A stretch of DNA of 64,000 nucleotides. It comes from Dehalococcoidia bacterium. GTDB taxonomy: Bacteria; Chloroflexota; Dehalococcoidia; UBA2979. The position numbers and the translations under genes were made by a program. The notes below the pieces were generated by a model. The model made no database searches and was not told the DNA's origin. It saw only the letters and a program-made list of their open reading frames with translations. Positions 30,623 to 39,243 of this stretch are shown piece by piece; position 1 is the first letter of the stretch, and every line of letters starts with the position of its first letter. Where the stretch lies: the NCBI GenBank assembly GCA_965262725.1, contig OZ253555.1:736001-800000 (forward strand). The letters are read 5' to 3'.

Positions 30623-31834
30623 CTGCTGCGCATCTACAACACGCTCACCGGACGCGCCGAGACCTTCCGGCCGCTGGAGCGCGGCATCGCGCGCATGTAC
30701 GTCTGCGGCGTCACTCCCTACGACGTCGGGCACCTCGGTCACGCGCTCACCTTCGCCGTCTTCGACACGGTGAGGCGCTACCTCGAGTTCCAGGCCTTTG
30801 AGGTCGAGCACATCCAGAACATCACCGACGTCGACGACGACATGGTCCGCGTCTCACGCGAGCGCGGTCTCTCAATAGCCCGTCTCACCGAGGACAACCA
30901 CCAGGTACACCTGCGCGAGATGGACGCGCTCCACGTCCTGAGGCCGGCGGGGTTTCCGCGCGCCTCCGAGCACGTCGGGTCGATCGTGGAGATGGTCCAG
31001 GAACTCCTAGCGCGCGGCCACGCCTACGAGTCCGGGGGCCACGTCTTCTTCTCGGCGGCGAGCGCAGAGCACTTCGGGGAGCTGGCGGGACGAACCCATG
31101 CCGAGCTCCGAGCGGCCCCGCGGACGGACTCGATGCCGGAGGAGCCCGAGCACCTCAAGCGCGACCCGCTCGACTTCCTGCTGTGGCAGCCGGGAACAGA
31201 TCCGGGGGCGAGCTTCGACTCGCCGTGGGGCGCTGGGCGTCCCGGATGGCACGTCGAATGCTCCGCGATGGTGCGCGTCACGCTGGGTGATCAGATAGAC
31301 ATCCACGGCGGAGGCGCGGATCTCGTCTACCCGCATCACGAGAGCGAGATCGCGCAGTCGGAGGGCGCGACGGGACGCCGCCCCTTCGCCGGCACCTGGA
31401 TGCACGTCGGCACGATGCGGCTCGACGGCGTCAAGATGTCGAAGTCGCTCGGGAACCTGGTGAAGGTGAGCGAGCTGATCGAGCGGGGCCACGACCCGAA
31501 CGCGCTCCGCCTCACCCTGCTCTCGCGCCACTACCGCGACGACCACGACTTTACCGAGGGGGCGCTCGTGGCCCACGGGGAGCAGATCGCGACGTGGCGA
31601 CGCGCGCTGGCGTGTGCGGGCGGACCGCCGGATGCGCTGAGCGTGCAGCCGTGGCGCAATGGCTTCATGGATGCGCTGGACGACGATTTCGACACGCCGG
31701 GGGCCATCGCGGCGCTCGATGGCATCGCCGAGGGGCTTCTCGGCGGGCGGCTGGAGGCTGCGACTGCGCAGCCGACGCTTCGCGAGCTCTCGGCCGTGCT
31801 CGGTATCGAGTTCAACGAGGACTGCGCGGGCTAG
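30623..31834 (+). CDS. CysRS paralog lacking anticodon domain (MshC-like cysteine ligase)
   Basis: LRIYNTLTG, MYVCGVTPYD..HLGH, GRPGWHVECSAM, HHESE, KMSKSLGN; ~400 aa; probable CTG start. Confidence 0.8.
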   Translation: MLRIYNTLTGRAETFRPLERGIARMYVCGVTPYDVGHLGHALTFAVFDTVRRYLEFQAFEVEHIQNITDVDDDMVRVSRERGLSIARLTEDNHQVHLREMDALHVLRPAGFPRASEHVGSIVEMVQELLARGHAYESGGHVFFSAASAEHFGELAGRTHAELRAAPRTDSMPEEPEHLKRDPLDFLLWQPGTDPGASFDSPWGAGRPGWHVECSAMVRVTLGDQIDIHGGGADLVYPHHESEIAQSEGATGRRPFAGTWMHVGTMRLDGVKMSKSLGNLVKVSELIERGHDPNALRLTLLSRHYRDDHDFTEGALVAHGEQIATWRRALACAGGPPDALSVQPWRNGFMDALDDDFDTPGAIAALDGIAEGLLGGRLEAATAQPTLRELSAVLGIEFNEDCAG

Positions 31835-31891
31835 CCGCCGTCCGGCGCTGTAGTACGCTCGCCCGGGCCGGCGCGAGCGCGCAGGGGGGGC

Positions 31892-33214
31892 TTGGTGCTG
31901 GAGACCAGCGGCGGGTTGGTCGCCCTGCTGCTCCTCGTGCTCCTCAATGGCTTCTTCGTCGCGTCCGAGTTCGCGCTGGTGACACTGCGGCGGACGCGCG
32001 TGGAGCAGATCGCCGAGCAGCGGCGCCCCGGCTGGCGCAGCCTCAACGACGCCGTCGAGCACCTTGACTCCTACATCGCGGCCTGCCAGCTCGGCATCAC
32101 CATCGCCAGTCTCGCGCTGGGCTGGATCGGGGAGCCGGCGCTGGCCGGGCTGCTCGAGCCGGTCTTCGGGGCCATAGGCGCGCACGCGCTCGGCGTCGCG
32201 TTCGCGTTCGCCATCATCACCGCTCTCCACGTGGTCGCGGGCGAGCTCGCCCCGAAGGGGATCGCGCTCCAGTACCCCGAGGGCGTCTCGCTCGTCGTGG
32301 TCGGCCCGCTGCGCGCCTTTCGCGCACTCTTCCGGCCGGTCATCTGGCTGCTGAACGAGAGCGGGTGGTTGGTGGCGAGCATGGTGGGCGTCCGCCGCGA
32401 CGCGGATCAGACGAGCCATATCGGCGGCGAGGAGCTGGCGCTGCTCGTGCGCTCGAGCGCCGAGGCGGGCGCGCTGGCTGTGGATGAGCGCTTCCTGCTC
32501 GAGCGCGTGCTCCGCTTCAGCGGTCTCACGGCCGCGAGCGTGATGGTGCCCCGGACGGAGGTCGTGGGCCTCTCCGAGGGAACCCCGGTCGCCAGCGCCC
32601 GCCAGCTCGTGTACGAGCAGCGCTACTCCCGCTACCCAGTCTTTCGCGCCAGCCTCGACAACGTGCTCGGTGTCCTCCACGTGAAGGACCTGATGGCCGC
32701 CTCGGAGGACGCCTCGCTCAAGGATCTGGTGCGGCAGCCGCTCGTCGTCCCGACGCAGATCGGCGTGAACGAGCTGCTGCGGCTGATGCGCGCGCGCCGC
32801 GTGCACTTCGCCGTCGCCGTCGATGAGTACGGCGGGACCGACGGGATCGTGACGCTTGAGGATGTCCTGGAGGAGATCGTTGGGGAGCTCGAGGACGAGT
32901 TCGAGCAGCCGCACCCCCCCGCACCCGTCGCTCGCGACACCGTGCACCTCGAGGGGCTCGACTCCGTCGACATGCTCGCCGAGCGGATCGGCGTCACTGT
33001 CCCCGAGGGGCCGTACAAGACGGTGGCGGGCTACGTGCTGGCCAGGCTCGGCCGCATCCCGCGCCTCGGCGACTCCGTGGAGGTCGACGGCCACCGGTTG
33101 ACGGTGGTTGCGATGGACGGGATGCGGATCGCGGAGCTCGAGGCGCGGGCCGACGCCTCCGGCCTTCCGGGTGAGCTTCCCGCGGGCACCCCCGGCGGGA
33201 TCGAGCAGGGGTGA
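31892..33214 (+). CDS. Hemolysin-family CNNM/CBS/CorC protein (TlyC-like)
   Basis: NGFFVASEFAL, QLGITIASL, GELAPK, YSRYPV, VDEYGG...LEDVLEEIVGE. Confidence 0.93.
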   Translation: MVLETSGGLVALLLLVLLNGFFVASEFALVTLRRTRVEQIAEQRRPGWRSLNDAVEHLDSYIAACQLGITIASLALGWIGEPALAGLLEPVFGAIGAHALGVAFAFAIITALHVVAGELAPKGIALQYPEGVSLVVVGPLRAFRALFRPVIWLLNESGWLVASMVGVRRDADQTSHIGGEELALLVRSSAEAGALAVDERFLLERVLRFSGLTAASVMVPRTEVVGLSEGTPVASARQLVYEQRYSRYPVFRASLDNVLGVLHVKDLMAASEDASLKDLVRQPLVVPTQIGVNELLRLMRARRVHFAVAVDEYGGTDGIVTLEDVLEEIVGELEDEFEQPHPPAPVARDTVHLEGLDSVDMLAERIGVTVPEGPYKTVAGYVLARLGRIPRLGDSVEVDGHRLTVVAMDGMRIAELEARADASGLPGELPAGTPGGIEQG

Positions 33215-34548
33215 GCCTGCTCGTCCGGCGCACGCCGCTCTACTACGGCTGGGCCATCGTTACGGCCGGCGTATTCGGCAACGCGACGTCGGCGGGCTTC
33301 ATCTTCTGGGCCACGGCCGTCTACATCCCCGCCGTTTCGGACGGCCTCGGTATCGGACGCTTCCCGGTCGTCGCCGCCTTCGTTGCGGGGCAGGCGGTCT
33401 CCGCCGCCGTCGGACCGGTGGCGGGCTGGTACATGGACCGTCACGGCGCGAGACGCGCGCTCGCGATCGGCACCGTGATCGCTCCTCTCGGACTCGTGAT
33501 GGCCTCGTTCGCGACGGAGCTCTGGCATCTCTACGCGGCGTGGGCGGTCGTGGGCGTGGGGCGCCCGTTTCTGCTCCCCACCACCTACAACTGGCTCGCT
33601 ACGCGCTGGTTCGACCGCCGCCGCCAGTCGGCGCTGGGGCTCGTCACCGTCGGCCTCGGCATCGGCGGCGTGCTGCTGCCGCTCATCGCGATGCTCGAGG
33701 CCGCGTTCGGGTGGCAGGGAACGATGCGCATCACGGGCGTGGTCCTCGCGGTGGTGCAGGGCCTCACGGCGCTGCTCGTCGTACGGGACACGCCCCAGGA
33801 GCTGGGGCTCGCCATGGAGGGCGGGAGCACGGCCGGCGGGCCGTCGCCGGTCGCCGCCCCGCTCACGGGATTCACTCTCTCAGACGCGATGCGCGGCCCG
33901 ACCTTCTGGCTCATCGCCGCGGGGATGGCGCTCTTCTTCATGGGGCAGGGCGCGGTCAACGTGCTGGGCGTCGACTTCTTCGACAGCCGGGGCGTCGCGG
34001 GTGGGGCGACGATACTCGGCATCGCAGCGTTGATCCGGGCGGCAGGCCGGCTGCCGGTCGGGCTGCTGCTTTCCCGCGTCCACCGAGTCTTCGCGCTCGC
34101 GGCGCTGGTGGCGGTCTCGCAGGCGTTCGCCCTCGCGGTCGTGATCCCGGGAACGGCGATGCCGGCGGTGACCGCCTTCATCGTGCTGTGGGGCGGGGGC
34201 GGGATCTTCGTGCCGATGATCGACGCGCTGCTCCTGACGCGCGCCTTCGGCGTTCGCCACTACGGGTCGATCTCCGGCGCCGCCCTCGGCGTCGCCTTCG
34301 GCGGGCAGCTGATCGCACCGACCGCGGGCTCGGCGATCTTCGACGCCACCGGGTCCTACACCCCTGCGTTCACGCTCTACGCCGCCGTCTCGGCGGGCGC
34401 GGGTCTTCTCTTCTGGGCGGCCGCGCTCACGGTTCGCGGGGCGCGACACCGCCGGCTCATGACCGCGCTCGGCATGGACCCACGCGGAGCGGCGGGGCGC
34501 ACGGGCGCGCGCCGGTCTCCGCGACCGACCGAGGGGGACTACACCTAG
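33211..34548 (+). CDS. MFS transporter
   Basis: YYGWAIV, GWYMDRHG, about 12 TM segments. Confidence 0.9.
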   Translation: MSLLVRRTPLYYGWAIVTAGVFGNATSAGFIFWATAVYIPAVSDGLGIGRFPVVAAFVAGQAVSAAVGPVAGWYMDRHGARRALAIGTVIAPLGLVMASFATELWHLYAAWAVVGVGRPFLLPTTYNWLATRWFDRRRQSALGLVTVGLGIGGVLLPLIAMLEAAFGWQGTMRITGVVLAVVQGLTALLVVRDTPQELGLAMEGGSTAGGPSPVAAPLTGFTLSDAMRGPTFWLIAAGMALFFMGQGAVNVLGVDFFDSRGVAGGATILGIAALIRAAGRLPVGLLLSRVHRVFALAALVAVSQAFALAVVIPGTAMPAVTAFIVLWGGGGIFVPMIDALLLTRAFGVRHYGSISGAALGVAFGGQLIAPTAGSAIFDATGSYTPAFTLYAAVSAGAGLLFWAAALTVRGARHRRLMTALGMDPRGAAGRTGARRSPRPTEGDYT

Positions 34549-35090
34549 CGGCGCGCCGTCTCCCCGTCCGGGGGCGGTGTGGCCGGATCTGTCTCCGGCT
34601 CGCCGGAGGCGTCGGGCGGGCGCTCCGGCGCGGTCGCCTCGTGGTCGGCCCTCAGGCTCTGCTCCAAGGCGTCGAGGGCCGGACGCAGCGGGGCAGGCGC
34701 TGCGATGCGCGCCGCGGCGCCTGCCCCGGCGGCGGCGGCCCGGCGCAACTCCTGCTCGTGCTCGCGCGTGTAGCGGGCCGTGTCACGGAGCGCCTGCTCC
34801 GCCAGCGGCCGCGCCGTGCTCGCGGCGTCGCGCGCCCGCCGCGAGAGCTCCTCGGCGTGCGGCCGTGCGGCGGCGGCGGCCCGGCGCGCCTCATCGCCCG
34901 CCCGCCTGGCGGCCTCCTCGACGTGGGGCCGCGCCACCTCGGCGACATCGCGCGCCGTCTCCTGTGCCGCCTGGGCGAGCTGCCGGAGCGCCTGGCCGAG
35001 CGCGGGCCGCTTGGCAACCGCGCCCTGCGCCTCCTCACCTGGGTCCTGATCCTCGCCGTCTGCCGCCGGCTCCCCTCCGCGCGTGTTCAT
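34545..35090 (-). CDS. Ala/Arg/Glu-rich helical repeat protein
   Basis: ATGA overlap with upstream gene; ARPH/ARPL-punctuated repeats. Confidence 0.6.
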   Translation of the reverse strand: MNTRGGEPAADGEDQDPGEEAQGAVAKRPALGQALRQLAQAAQETARDVAEVARPHVEEAARRAGDEARRAAAAARPHAEELSRRARDAASTARPLAEQALRDTARYTREHEQELRRAAAAGAGAAARIAAPAPLRPALDALEQSLRADHEATAPERPPDASGEPETDPATPPPDGETARR

Positions 35091-35614
35091 CTGCCCGCTC
35101 CCGTTCCCTCTGCGCCGCCCGCCTTGTCCCCCGTCTTTCCCGCGCCCCCCACGAGGCGGTAGCGGAAGTCACAGTGCGCGGCACCCTCCATGATCGTCTG
35201 CGTTCGCTCCAGCTCGAGCCGCTCGGAGTAGCCTGTGGAGAGCGTGAAGTCACGGGCACAGGAGAGCACGAAACCGAGATCGGCCGCGCCGAGGTGGCGG
35301 TACATCTCGGCGAAGCGGCAACCGGTGACGTTGAAGTGTAGCGCGTCATCGTCGTCGTGCAGCGTCTCGATCGTGAGGTCGCCCCCCGCGCCGCCCCACG
35401 AGTCCCTCACCTCGCGGAATCCGACCAGATCGTCGCGCCCGATCGCGCGCGCCACGGCCGATCCCTGCTCGCGCGCGATCTGCTCGATCGTCTCGCGTGC
35501 GATCGCGTGCGCCCTCTCCCGTCCGAGCTCTTGCTCCAGTCGGCGGATCAGGGGGATCAGCACCTCGGCCTCGATGCCGCGGCGTTGCAACAGGCTCAAC
35601 GGCTGCTCGGCCAT
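35087..35614 (-). CDS. L-2-amino-thiazoline-4-carboxylate hydrolase family
   Basis: RRGIEA, FNVTGCRFAEMY, LSCARD, RTQTIMEGAAHCDFRY. Confidence 0.88.
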   Translation of the reverse strand: MAEQPLSLLQRRGIEAEVLIPLIRRLEQELGRERAHAIARETIEQIAREQGSAVARAIGRDDLVGFREVRDSWGGAGGDLTIETLHDDDDALHFNVTGCRFAEMYRHLGAADLGFVLSCARDFTLSTGYSERLELERTQTIMEGAAHCDFRYRLVGGAGKTGDKAGGAEGTGAGR

Positions 35615-35720
35615 CGTGCTTACCCTTCCCGGCTGCCCGCCCCCGCAGGCGGCGCTGCGGTCGCGACCGCCGCTCTATGGTGCCAGATGATCGCGCGCTC
35701 GACGCGCGGGCGGTTCGCCG

Positions 35721-36233
35721 TCAGCCGCCGGGGAGCGCGATGCCGCGACCGCTCCGCCACGCCTCGACGATCGCCTGATCGTGCGGGAACGCAAGGTCAG
35801 GGATCTCCTCTACCTCGAACCAGCGCACCTCGAATGCCTCCTCGCCCGCCCGGGCCTCCCCCTCGAGGGCCTCGCCGGCATAGGCGATGAAGACCACCTG
35901 CTCACCGGCGGCGCTGTAGACCCCGAGCAGTCGCGTGAGCCTGACGCGAAGTGCGGTTTCCTCGTGGACCTCGCGCACCGCGGCGGCCTCGATGACCTCG
36001 CCCGCGTCGACGTAGCCGGAGGGGAACGACCAGCGGCCGAGCTCGGGCTCGTGATTGCGGCGCACGAGCAAGAGACGGCCGCCTCGCGCGACGAGGACGC
36101 CGGTGGCGATCTTGGGGTCGGGGTAGGCGATGTGGCCGCAGCGGAGGCAGCGTGGCGGCCGCTGCCCCGGCCCCGGGGCGAGGGCGGCGCCGCACCGCGG
36201 GCAGAAGCGCGCGGCGGGTGCGAGCGGGCTCAC
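35721..36233 (-). CDS. NUDIX hydrolase with N-terminal zinc ribbon
   Basis: FCPRCG...CLRCG; GYVDAGEVIEAAAVREVHEET. Confidence 0.9.
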   Translation of the reverse strand: MSPLAPAARFCPRCGAALAPGPGQRPPRCLRCGHIAYPDPKIATGVLVARGGRLLLVRRNHEPELGRWSFPSGYVDAGEVIEAAAVREVHEETALRVRLTRLLGVYSAAGEQVVFIAYAGEALEGEARAGEEAFEVRWFEVEEIPDLAFPHDQAIVEAWRSGRGIALPGG

Positions 36234-36237
36234 CGGA

Positions 36238-36990
36238 TCAGAACCACAGCCGCACCCGCCGGAAGCGCTCGACGTAGCGCCCGTCCTCCTCGCTCCACCG
36301 CTCGCGCAGGAGGGCACGGAAGTCGTCGTCGACGGTGAATTGGCTCACGTGCGCGGCGAGGGCCGCGATCTTCGTGTCGAGCACCGTCGAGATGTCGACG
36401 GTCTGGTTCGGCGCGTGCGTTCCGAAGAGGTAGAGCTCGCGCACCTTGTGCGTCTCCAGCCCCTCGGCGATCTGCTCCGGGAAGTTCAGGTGATCGCGCG
36501 CCGCAGGGTAGACGGCGTCGACGGTGGCGAGTCCGGTCGCGCGGTGATCGGAGTGGTTGACGAAGGAGTTCTCGAGAATCACGGGTTCGGGGTCGTGCGT
36601 GTAGACGGCGAAGGGGTGGAAGGAGCGGATCTCGCGCGTGATCGCGCCCAGCAGCTCGCGTCCGGTCCCGAGCTCCCCGTCGGGGAAGCCGAGGAAGCCG
36701 ACGGAGTGAACGCCGAGCAGCCGCGCGGCCTCCTCCTGCTCGGCACGCCGCATCTCGACGAGCTGCTCGGGCGTGAGGGTGCGATCCTCGGAGCCCTTCG
36801 ATCCACTCGTCACGACCACGTAGCGCACGGACCACCCGGCATCGGCGAGGAGCGCGACGGTCCCGGCCGCGCCGAAGTCGGCGTCGTCGGGATGCGCCGC
36901 GACGACGAGCGCCCGACGCGCGTCGCCCGTCGGCTCGTCCGCTCCCCCCGGCGGCTCGCCACCGAAGAGGTCCTCGAGGCTCGCCGCCAT
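36238..36990 (-). CDS. PIG-L/LmbE family deacetylase
   Basis: AHPDDADF, RRAEQ, NHSDHRA, AHVSQ. Confidence 0.9.
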   Translation of the reverse strand: MAASLEDLFGGEPPGGADEPTGDARRALVVAAHPDDADFGAAGTVALLADAGWSVRYVVVTSGSKGSEDRTLTPEQLVEMRRAEQEEAARLLGVHSVGFLGFPDGELGTGRELLGAITREIRSFHPFAVYTHDPEPVILENSFVNHSDHRATGLATVDAVYPAARDHLNFPEQIAEGLETHKVRELYLFGTHAPNQTVDISTVLDTKIAALAAHVSQFTVDDDFRALLRERWSEEDGRYVERFRRVRLWF

Positions 36991-37071
36991 CGCGCCCCCC
37001 GCTCCCGCGACCCCGGGGGCCGCGCCCATCGCCGTGTGCCGTCGTCCGGATCCTACGCGTCGCGCCGCCGA

Positions 37072-37101
37072 TTGACCGTGATCCCAGTGTTCTCCTATAG
37101 T
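37072..37101 (+). promoter_or_regulatory. Putative sigma70 promoter of lexA
   Basis: TTGACC-N18-TATAGT in an AT-rich patch upstream of lexA. Confidence 0.6.
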
Positions 37102-37103
37102 TC

Positions 37104-37117
37104 GGAACATATGTGCC
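37104..37117. promoter_or_regulatory. Putative LexA (SOS) box
   Basis: GGAAC-ATAT-GTGCC, one mismatch from GAAC-N4-GTTC, just downstream of the -10. Confidence 0.6.
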
Positions 37118-37193
37118 GTCCCGCCGCCAACATCGCGTCGCGTCAGGTGCGGGGGACGGGTCGGCCCGCGACGCGACGTTTGGGAGGAAGTCG

Positions 37194-37835
37194 ATGTCCG
37201 AGGATCTCTCCGCGAGGCAGCAGCGCATCCTTCAGTTCCTGAAGGACTTCATCGACGAGAAGAACTACCCGCCCTCGATCCGCGATATCCAGCAAGGGTG
37301 TGGCGTCTCCTCGACCTCCGTCGTCGACTACAACCTGAAGAAGCTCGAGGAAAAGGGCCACATCCGCCGCGACCGCGAGGTCTCTCGGGCGATCGAACTG
37401 CTCGGGGCGTCGGCCTCGCGACGGACCGAGCAGTTCTCGGTGCCGCTCCTCGGGACGATCGCGGCCGGCCAGCCGATCCCCACGCCGCCCGACACCGTCA
37501 GCCCCGGCGCGTACGAGGATCGGGTCGAGGTCACGGAGGAACAGATCGGGGGCCGGCGCAACGTCTTCGCGCTGCGCGTCGAGGGGGACTCGATGATCGA
37601 TGCCCTGATCCAGGACGGCGACATCGTCATCCTCGAGGCCACCCGCTCCGTCGACGACGGCGACACGGTGGCCGTCTGGCTTCGCGACGAGAACGAGACC
37701 ACCCTCAAGCGCTTCTACCACGAGGGCGAGCGCGTCCGGCTGCAGCCGATGAACAGGACGATGGAGCCGATCTACGCGGCGGCCGACAACATCGAGGTGC
37801 AGGGGCGCGTCGTCGCTATCCGCCGGAGCTTCTGA
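37194..37835 (+). CDS. lexA: SOS repressor LexA
   Basis: YPPSIRDI wHTH, IAAG cleavage site, VEGDSMID Ser, TLKRF Lys. Confidence 0.97.
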   Translation: MSEDLSARQQRILQFLKDFIDEKNYPPSIRDIQQGCGVSSTSVVDYNLKKLEEKGHIRRDREVSRAIELLGASASRRTEQFSVPLLGTIAAGQPIPTPPDTVSPGAYEDRVEVTEEQIGGRRNVFALRVEGDSMIDALIQDGDIVILEATRSVDDGDTVAVWLRDENETTLKRFYHEGERVRLQPMNRTMEPIYAAADNIEVQGRVVAIRRSF

Positions 37836-38877
37836 CGGAAGGGCGCCTCCGGCTCGCCGCGCGGGCTCGCGCGGCGACATCGAGCAGCAGCAGTTCGAGC
37901 GAGAGCGCCTCGGCGATCCGCCCGCTCTTCACCGCGTGGTCGGCGCGCTCCACGGCGCGCAGGCCCCACTCCGCCACCTCGCGCCGTGTCTCCCGCGCCT
38001 GCCGGACGAGCTTGGTGCGCGCGTAACCCTGCGCCCCGGTCGCCTCGCCGATCTCCTGCTCGCTCCCGCCCGCCTCCATGCGCTCGGTGGCGCGCACGAG
38101 CTGGCCCAGGTGCCGCCCGAGCTGAAACTGCACGCGCCCGGGGGTCTCGGATCCCTCGGCGAGCATGCGGTCGAGGAGCGTGATCGCCACCGCGCCCCGC
38201 CCCTCGATCGCCGCGTCGACAAGCGTAAAGAGGCTCTGCTCGCGCGCCTCGGGCGTGAGCAGACGCACGTCGGCCTCGGTGATCGCCCGCCCGCGGGCGT
38301 AGTGCGCGAGCTTGGAGATTTCGCCGTCGAGCGTGCGCAGGTCGGCGCCGACGAGATCGACGAGCGCGGAGACGGCGCGCGGCTCGATCGCCACCTGCTT
38401 TGCCTCGGCTCGCGTGCGCAGCCAGCGCGCGACCTCGCTCTCGCCGCCGCGCCCGTAGACGGAGAGCGGGCGGAACTCCCGCACCTCGACTGAGTCGAGG
38501 GCGGCAAGCTCGCGCGCGAGCGGCCAGGTCGCGATCGATTCGCGGCGTCCCCCGCGTCGCGGTGCCGGTGGCTCGCGCAGCACGAGGGTCGTCGACTCGG
38601 GCAAGGTCGGGAGGGCGTCGAGGAGGGGCTGCCAGCGCTCGCCGGCCGCGCGGCCGCGGCCGGCCGCCGTGATCAGGCCCTCGACGAGCACGAAGCGGGC
38701 CGAGCCCAGGAAGGGGAGCGCGGCGGCATGCTGCAGGAGCTCGGTCGGCGTGACACGGCGTCCGTCGAGGACGCTGGTGTTCGTCGCGAGCATGCCGTCG
38801 GTGTCGAGCCCGTGCCGCAGCGAACGCTGCGCCTCCTCGACGCGGAACTCGTCGTCGCCGTAGAGCACGTGCAGCAT
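37816..38877 (-). CDS. holA: DNA polymerase III delta subunit
   Basis: LHVLYGDDEF, LPFLGSARFVLV, EISKLAHY, LFTLVDA, DHAVKSG. Confidence 0.88.
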   Translation of the reverse strand: MLHVLYGDDEFRVEEAQRSLRHGLDTDGMLATNTSVLDGRRVTPTELLQHAAALPFLGSARFVLVEGLITAAGRGRAAGERWQPLLDALPTLPESTTLVLREPPAPRRGGRRESIATWPLARELAALDSVEVREFRPLSVYGRGGESEVARWLRTRAEAKQVAIEPRAVSALVDLVGADLRTLDGEISKLAHYARGRAITEADVRLLTPEAREQSLFTLVDAAIEGRGAVAITLLDRMLAEGSETPGRVQFQLGRHLGQLVRATERMEAGGSEQEIGEATGAQGYARTKLVRQARETRREVAEWGLRAVERADHAVKSGRIAEALSLELLLLDVAARARAASRRRPSVRSSGG

Positions 38878-38895
38878 CGGCCCTCCCCGCCGTGC

Positions 38896-39222
38896 TCAGT
38901 CGATCTCGAGCTGCCAGCCGAGAAAGGTGGCGAGCGTCGCCAGCACCACGATTGCGGGGCCGGGCCAGAGGATGGCGCCGACGAAGGCGGCACCGGCTCC
39001 GCCGTCTGAGCTCACCGCCTGCCAGGCACCCCAGCAGAGGGCGAGCCCGGCGCCGGGGAGCGGCAGCCACCACGGGAAGCGCGGGTCGTCGTCGTTGACG
39101 AGCGCTGAGCGCGCGAGATCCCGCGCACGGGTGCGATCCGCCGGCGGGCCCCCGGAAGCCCGCTCAGGGGCCGCATCCCGATCCCGGCCGTGCCGGATGC
39201 CGTCTGGATCGCCCGCCGCCAT
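38896..39222 (-). CDS. Small two-TM membrane protein
   Basis: Two hydrophobic segments in the C-terminal ~65 aa; start uncertain. Confidence 0.55.
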   Translation of the reverse strand: MAAGDPDGIRHGRDRDAAPERASGGPPADRTRARDLARSALVNDDDPRFPWWLPLPGAGLALCWGAWQAVSSDGGAGAAFVGAILWPGPAIVVLATLATFLGWQLEID

Positions 39223-39243
39223 TATCCCCCTCCGAAACCGATG

